A stretch of DNA of 13,583 bases from Piromyces finnis finn (taxonomy: Eukaryota > Fungi > Neocallimastigomycota). Positions within the stretch are counted from its first letter, which is position 1. Every line of letters begins with the position of its first letter. Made by a program: the position numbers and the translations under genes. The notes beneath the pieces were generated by a model, which had not been told where the DNA came from, searched no databases, and saw only the letters and a program-made list of their open reading frames with translations. This document shows, in pieces, positions 9,201 through 13,583 of the stretch. The DNA is taken from the NCBI GenBank assembly GCA_002104945.1, contig MCFH01000227.1, forward strand, positions 1 through 13,583. Direction: 5' to 3'.

Positions 9201-9413
9201 CATAATTATTCTAATGACAATCAGTATAATAAATATTTCGATAATTGTTTTTTAGTTCCAAGTACTTCTTCAAAACATGGCTGCACAAACATTATACCAA
9301 ATAATCCAATAAAATATAAGAAAATCAAACCAACAGCAACAAAAGTTAATACAACTACAGTTCCCCAATCCATTATTTACAAAAAAAAGAAATTCAAAAA
9401 ATTAGTTATGTAA
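6018..9413 (+). CDS. Hypothetical ~1,130-aa protein: acidic N-terminus, poly-Asn, E/K-rich segment, basic middle region, S/T/N-rich tandem repeats; reading frame broken by more than ten apparent 1-nt indels (sequencing errors or pseudogene)
   Basis: ATG at 6018 begins MNIGIEGLLSGINDIFKENDISYEFDEEELCEALKDVDINDHLK. Coding-like text continues with single-base shifts at homopolymers (~6150, ~6203, ~6400, ~6772, ~7510, ~7968, ~8078 and others) through ORF-track fragments 6444-6785, 7241-7513 and 7682-8086. Frame 8499-9413 is stop-free to TAA. No recognisable domain. Confidence 0.7.
6238..6276 (+). repeat. (AAT)13 coding microsatellite (poly-Asn)
   Basis: Read directly; in frame with the flanking ...NNITPDT and SNYIQNF... 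Confidence 0.9.
8118..8576 (+). repeat. Coding minisatellite, 11 x 42 bp (N-R-N or N-K-S, then E-A-S-T-S-T-S-H-N-K-N/Y)
   Basis: The core gaagcatcaacttca starts at 8127, 8169, 8211, 8252, 8294, 8336, 8378, 8419, 8461, 8502 and 8544. Spacing is 42 except for three intervals of 41. Confidence 0.95.
8577..9017 (+). repeat. Coding minisatellite, 7 x 63 bp (LINTFTNYGIEASTSTSHNKN and variants)
   Basis: Cores at 8607, 8670, 8733, 8796, 8859, 8922 and 8985, spaced exactly 63 apart. On the + strand only the EASTS frame is stop-free, and it is continuous with ORF 9153-9413. Confidence 0.95.
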
Positions 9414-10719
9414 ATATTAAAAATATTTTTTAATATTTATTGTATATAGTATATAATGTAAATATTTATAATATTTAATACACATCGACTTAATTAGACA
9501 TCCAGTTTTTAAATATATAATCTACTAATATTTTTATTTAGATTTGATTAATTCTCTATTTATTTGATAAATATGTATAATAATCTTTTTAAATTATAAA
9601 ACTTATAATCATAAAGTATTCATAATGATAACAAGTTAACACTTTTTCACATAGTAATTAACAAATTACGACTTTTATACTAATAAAGAAAATTAATATT
9701 TTTTCAAAATGTTGTTATTAATAAAAATGAAAAAGTTTTCTTAATTATATTAATAAATATTCTAAATATAATAATTAGATTGTCTCTGGAAATTAAATAC
9801 TATAAGTTATACCAGTATTACTCTATCAATCTATATAAAAAGATTCAGTGATGAATTATTTGAATTAACCTATTTATTTAAATTTAAATAATATGAAATT
9901 CTTTAAAAACCATTCCTACAAATTAGAGAGTAGTTAAAATAATTATTATAAACAGGATCACATTCGATTGACTCTCAATTTGTAATTATAGAGTGTTTTT
10001 TAATTTTAATAGTAATTAAATAACTAAAAGGGACGGGCATTTAGTTTTACAATAACTATATTGTAATTTACTTAATTTATTTTTGAAATCTATCTAAAAG
10101 GTTTTTTATAACATCTTTATTTCAAGTTTTTGAGTATTCTGGTTTTTGATTTACACAATATATATTTTTTATACTTTACACATATAAATAACTACCAAAA
10201 ATAAAATAAAAACATTAATAAAAACATTAAATAAAATTGGAAATGATATTAACTTCTTTTGTATATTAAATAAGAAAGAAATTTATATTATCTTTAATTA
10301 TTTGATATAAGTTCACAATAAATTATATTCTTTTCCTTCCACTAATAAACATTCAAATTTACAGAAAATATTATAGTATTGAATAATAAATAAGCTTTTT
10401 TGAAAGTATAGAAAGGGAAAAAGGTTGATTATTAGTTATCTATACGAAACCCTCAACATTCTTCTTTTTATTTATTTATTTATTTATAATAATGCTATTT
10501 TAATACAAAAACTAAAATATTATGTTATAATAAAAATAGTATAAACTTATTTTCAGATATTCTAGTTATAATTTTTGTTAATGACAACTTTCTATTGATG
10601 AAACTATAATTTACTAATAATATTTTTTTAATAAAAATAAAATTATTTCAAAAGGTAATCATTTAAAATATAGACTATTCAAATAATAAATACAAAGTCA
10701 TATATATATAATTACAAAG

Positions 10720-11202
10720 AATAAAATAAAATAAAGTAAAATAAAAAATAAAATAAATAATTAAAAATAGAAAATAAAATAAAATAAAATAAAATAAAAA
10801 ATAAAAAATAAAAAAATAAAAAATAAAAAATAAAAAAATAAAAAATAAAATAAAATAAATAAAATAAATAAATAAAATAAAATAAAATAAAAATAAAATA
10901 AAATAAAATAAAATAAAATAAAATAAAATAAAATAAAATAAAATAAAATAAAATAAAATAAAATAAAATAAATAAATAAAATAAAATAAAATAAATAAAA
11001 TAAAATAAATAAAATAAAATAAAATAAAATAAAATAAAATAAAATAAAATAAATAAATAAAATAAAATAAAATAAATAAAATAAAATAAAATAAATAAAA
11101 TAAAATAAAATAAAAAAATAAAATAAAATAAAAAAAATAAAATAAAATAAAAATAAAATAAAATAAAAAAAAATAAAATAAAAATAAAATAAAATAAAAT
11201 AA

Positions 11203-11233
<31 letters not shown>

Positions 11234-11542
11234 AATAAAATAAAATAAAATAAAATAAAATAAAATAAATAAAATAAAATAAAAAAAATAAAATAAAATA
11301 AATAAAATAAAAAAAAAAATAAAATAAAATAAAATAAAATAAAATAAAATAAAATAAAATAAAATAAAATAAAATAAAATAAAATAAAATAAAATAAAAT
11401 AAAATAAAATAAAATAAAATAAAATAAAATAAAATAAAATAAAAAAATAAAATAAAATAAAAAAATAAAATAAAATAAAATAAAATAAAATAAAAAAAAT
11501 AAAAAAATAAAAAAAAAAAAATAAAATAAAATAAAATAAAAA
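10720..11542 (+). repeat. (AAAAT)n pentanucleotide satellite, ~820 bp, with AAAT and A5-A9T variant units
   Basis: Read directly; nearly all A/T with a strongly A-rich + strand. Confidence 0.97.
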
Positions 11543-13441
11543 ATTATTAAACATTTAATAAATTTCAAATTATTATTTTTGAAAAACTTTTTTTTTATTC
11601 AAAAATTAAATTTAATTGAAATTTTTTTTTAAATATATATTTTAATTATTGAAAAATAAAAAGTTTACATTTTCAAAAAAAAAAGGTATTAGTTATAAAG
11701 TATTTTCTTTTCCTTTTCATTTAAAAACAAATATTTTTTTAAAATTTCTATTAAATATAAAAATATTTTTAAAAGTATTCCAGCGTTCTTTATTCCTTTT
11801 AATTTAAACAGTTTTAGCGATATACAAAAAAGAATAATTACTTTTTTATTTAAAAAAAAAAAGGTGGTTAAATTATTTATTAAAAAATAAATTATAAAGG
11901 ATAACAATATTTTTAATTAATATTAATAACCAAAATGAATATAAATAATAAATATGAAATAAAATATAATACTAATATTTATTATACAATATTAATGATA
12001 ATAAAAAAAAACAATTCGTTTGTTTATTCCATTTTATGTTTTTTTATAATTTTATAATATCAGAATTTGACATAAAATAAAATTAATTACAGATGTTTAA
12101 TAAAATGGATCAATGATAAAAACATATTTTTTAAAAAAACGAAAAAAGGAAATAGTTATTTTATATTTATAAAATAAAAATCTTATTTCTTAAAAAATTA
12201 ATTTAAAATAAAACAATAAAAAAATACTTTAACTTTAAATATAATTATTTTAATTGTATAAATACTACTGTGTAAAGAAGTAAAAATAAAAAAAAAAGGA
12301 AATTTAAAAGTTTTTTTTAAAAAAAAATAGTGATTATCGTGAATTACAAGAATTAACATTAATACTTACTAGAATTTTTATTTTTTCTAAATGAAATAAT
12401 GTGTAATAAAAGAAAAAACAATGAATTGATATTACAAAGAACTTTTAAATGTTTATTTCTGATAGTAAATATTTGTATTTCAATGAATTATAGTTAAAGT
12501 ATGCTTAGAAGAATTAAAATAAAGTATATTATTTTATTTGTTATTATAATACCTTTTTTTTCTATTATTTTATTTTTTTAATAGAAATAGGTTACATAAT
12601 TTAAAATTTGAAAAGTAATGATAATATTATTTTATTTAAAAAAAAAAATAAAAATATCTTTTATCCTATTCAACAAATTTTATTTAAATTTCTTTTTTTT
12701 TTCTTTCTTTCTTTTTCATGTCATTCTTTATTCTTCATTATAACCTAAATTTTACCATTACCAAAATCAATTTTTTTTTTAAAAAAAAAAAAAAAAAGCA
12801 ACATTCGTTAATTTTCTTTACTTTTAATTATTACTACTTTCTTTTTTTATTCTAATTCTTTTCAATATTTATTTAAATAAATATAAATGATTCAATATCC
12901 TCTTTTACAATTTTTAAATATTATGCTACAAATTAAAAAAATATTTTTTACTTTTATTAATTATACACTTTATTTTTACTAAACACCTTTTCACTTTTTT
13001 TAATTTTATATTTGCTTTTTTATTTAATTAATTTATATTCGTTATTTATATAATACATTTCATTTTCGTTCTAAATTTATACATAAAAATACTTTTTTTC
13101 TTTATATATAATTAAATATGGTTAAATAATAGTATTCTTTTACATTTTTTTTTTTTTTTTAATTTTATATTATTCAAAAATATATATTTTTTTTCTTAAT
13201 ATCTTTAAAATAGTAATTAAATTTTATATTTTAATAATTATATTAATACTTTCTTTTTTTTTTTCTTTTAAAATAAAATTCTATTATCATTTAATTATAA
13301 TTTATAAATAATAATTATATAACAAATTATTTTTCATTTTTCATAAAATATACATAATATTAATAATTCCTCATTGTAAATATTTATAATAGAAATATAT
13401 AATTTATAATTTTTAAATAAGTATTATTCATTCAAAAATAG

Positions 13442-13583
13442 TTAATTTAAATTAATATAAAATATGAAAATATAAATAATAAAAGATAGAAAGTAATGAT
13501 GGTTTAATTTAGATATTATTGATATAGCACCACTTTGTGTAGATGTTGGGAGCTGTTTGTTTTAGTTGTTGTTGTTGTTGTTG
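13442..13583 (-). CDS. 3' end of a gene entering from the right: Thr-rich linker and GPI-anchor-signal-like C-terminus (partial, one inferred 1-nt indel)
   Basis: The minus-strand frame 13561->13442 reads NKQLPTSTQSGAISIISKLNHHYFLSFIIYIFIFYINLN*. Immediately upstream an adjacent frame reads TTTTTTKT, and adding one A joins the two. Confidence 0.55.

Noticed and set aside
9778-9935. Short peptide ...KRFSDELFELTYL reminiscent of a leucine-rich-repeat relic
   Set aside because: A single short motif bounded by stops; insufficient without a profile search.
10026-10042. Isolated GC-rich word aagggacgggcatttag in AT-rich DNA
   Set aside because: No second copy or inverted partner was found in the window, so no function can be assigned.
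10675-11568. Two long minus-strand ORFs (297 and 280 aa, FILFY repeats)
   Set aside because: These are translations of the (TTTTA)n strand, which lacks stop codons in any frame; not evidence of a membrane protein.
13565-13583. (TTG)n at the window end as a telomere-like repeat
   Set aside because: Not a TTAGGG-type unit; better explained as (ACA)n Thr codons on the minus strand.

Overview
This is an extremely AT-rich eukaryotic window. Composition, Asn-rich coding, a GTATGT..CAG intron, a MATA/Sox-class HMG box and an (AAAAT)n tract suggest a fungus, possibly an anaerobic gut fungus (Neocallimastigomycota); the taxon is inferred, not proven. (1) Bases 1-5441 form one giant, nearly spacer-less palindrome (arms 1-2712 and 2733-5441). 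Each arm carries a copy of an intron-containing HMG-box transcription-factor gene, arranged tail-to-tail. The ORF track misses the domain because it is split by 1-nt indels and an intron. (2) Bases 6018-9413 are a single ~1,130-codon unknown gene broken by many 1-nt homopolymer indels. It contains a two-tier coding tandem array (11 x 42 bp, then 7 x 63 bp) that shares an EASTSTSHN core. (3) An ~820 bp (AAAAT)n satellite lies at 10720-11542. (4) The window ends in the 3' end of a minus-strand gene with a Thr-rich linker and a GPI-signal-like tail. The indel pattern throughout looks like poorly polished long-read consensus, so both the frameshifts and the palindrome may be assembly artefacts. 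That must be tested before any biological claim is made. No rRNA, tRNA, CRISPR array or recognisable transposase was found.
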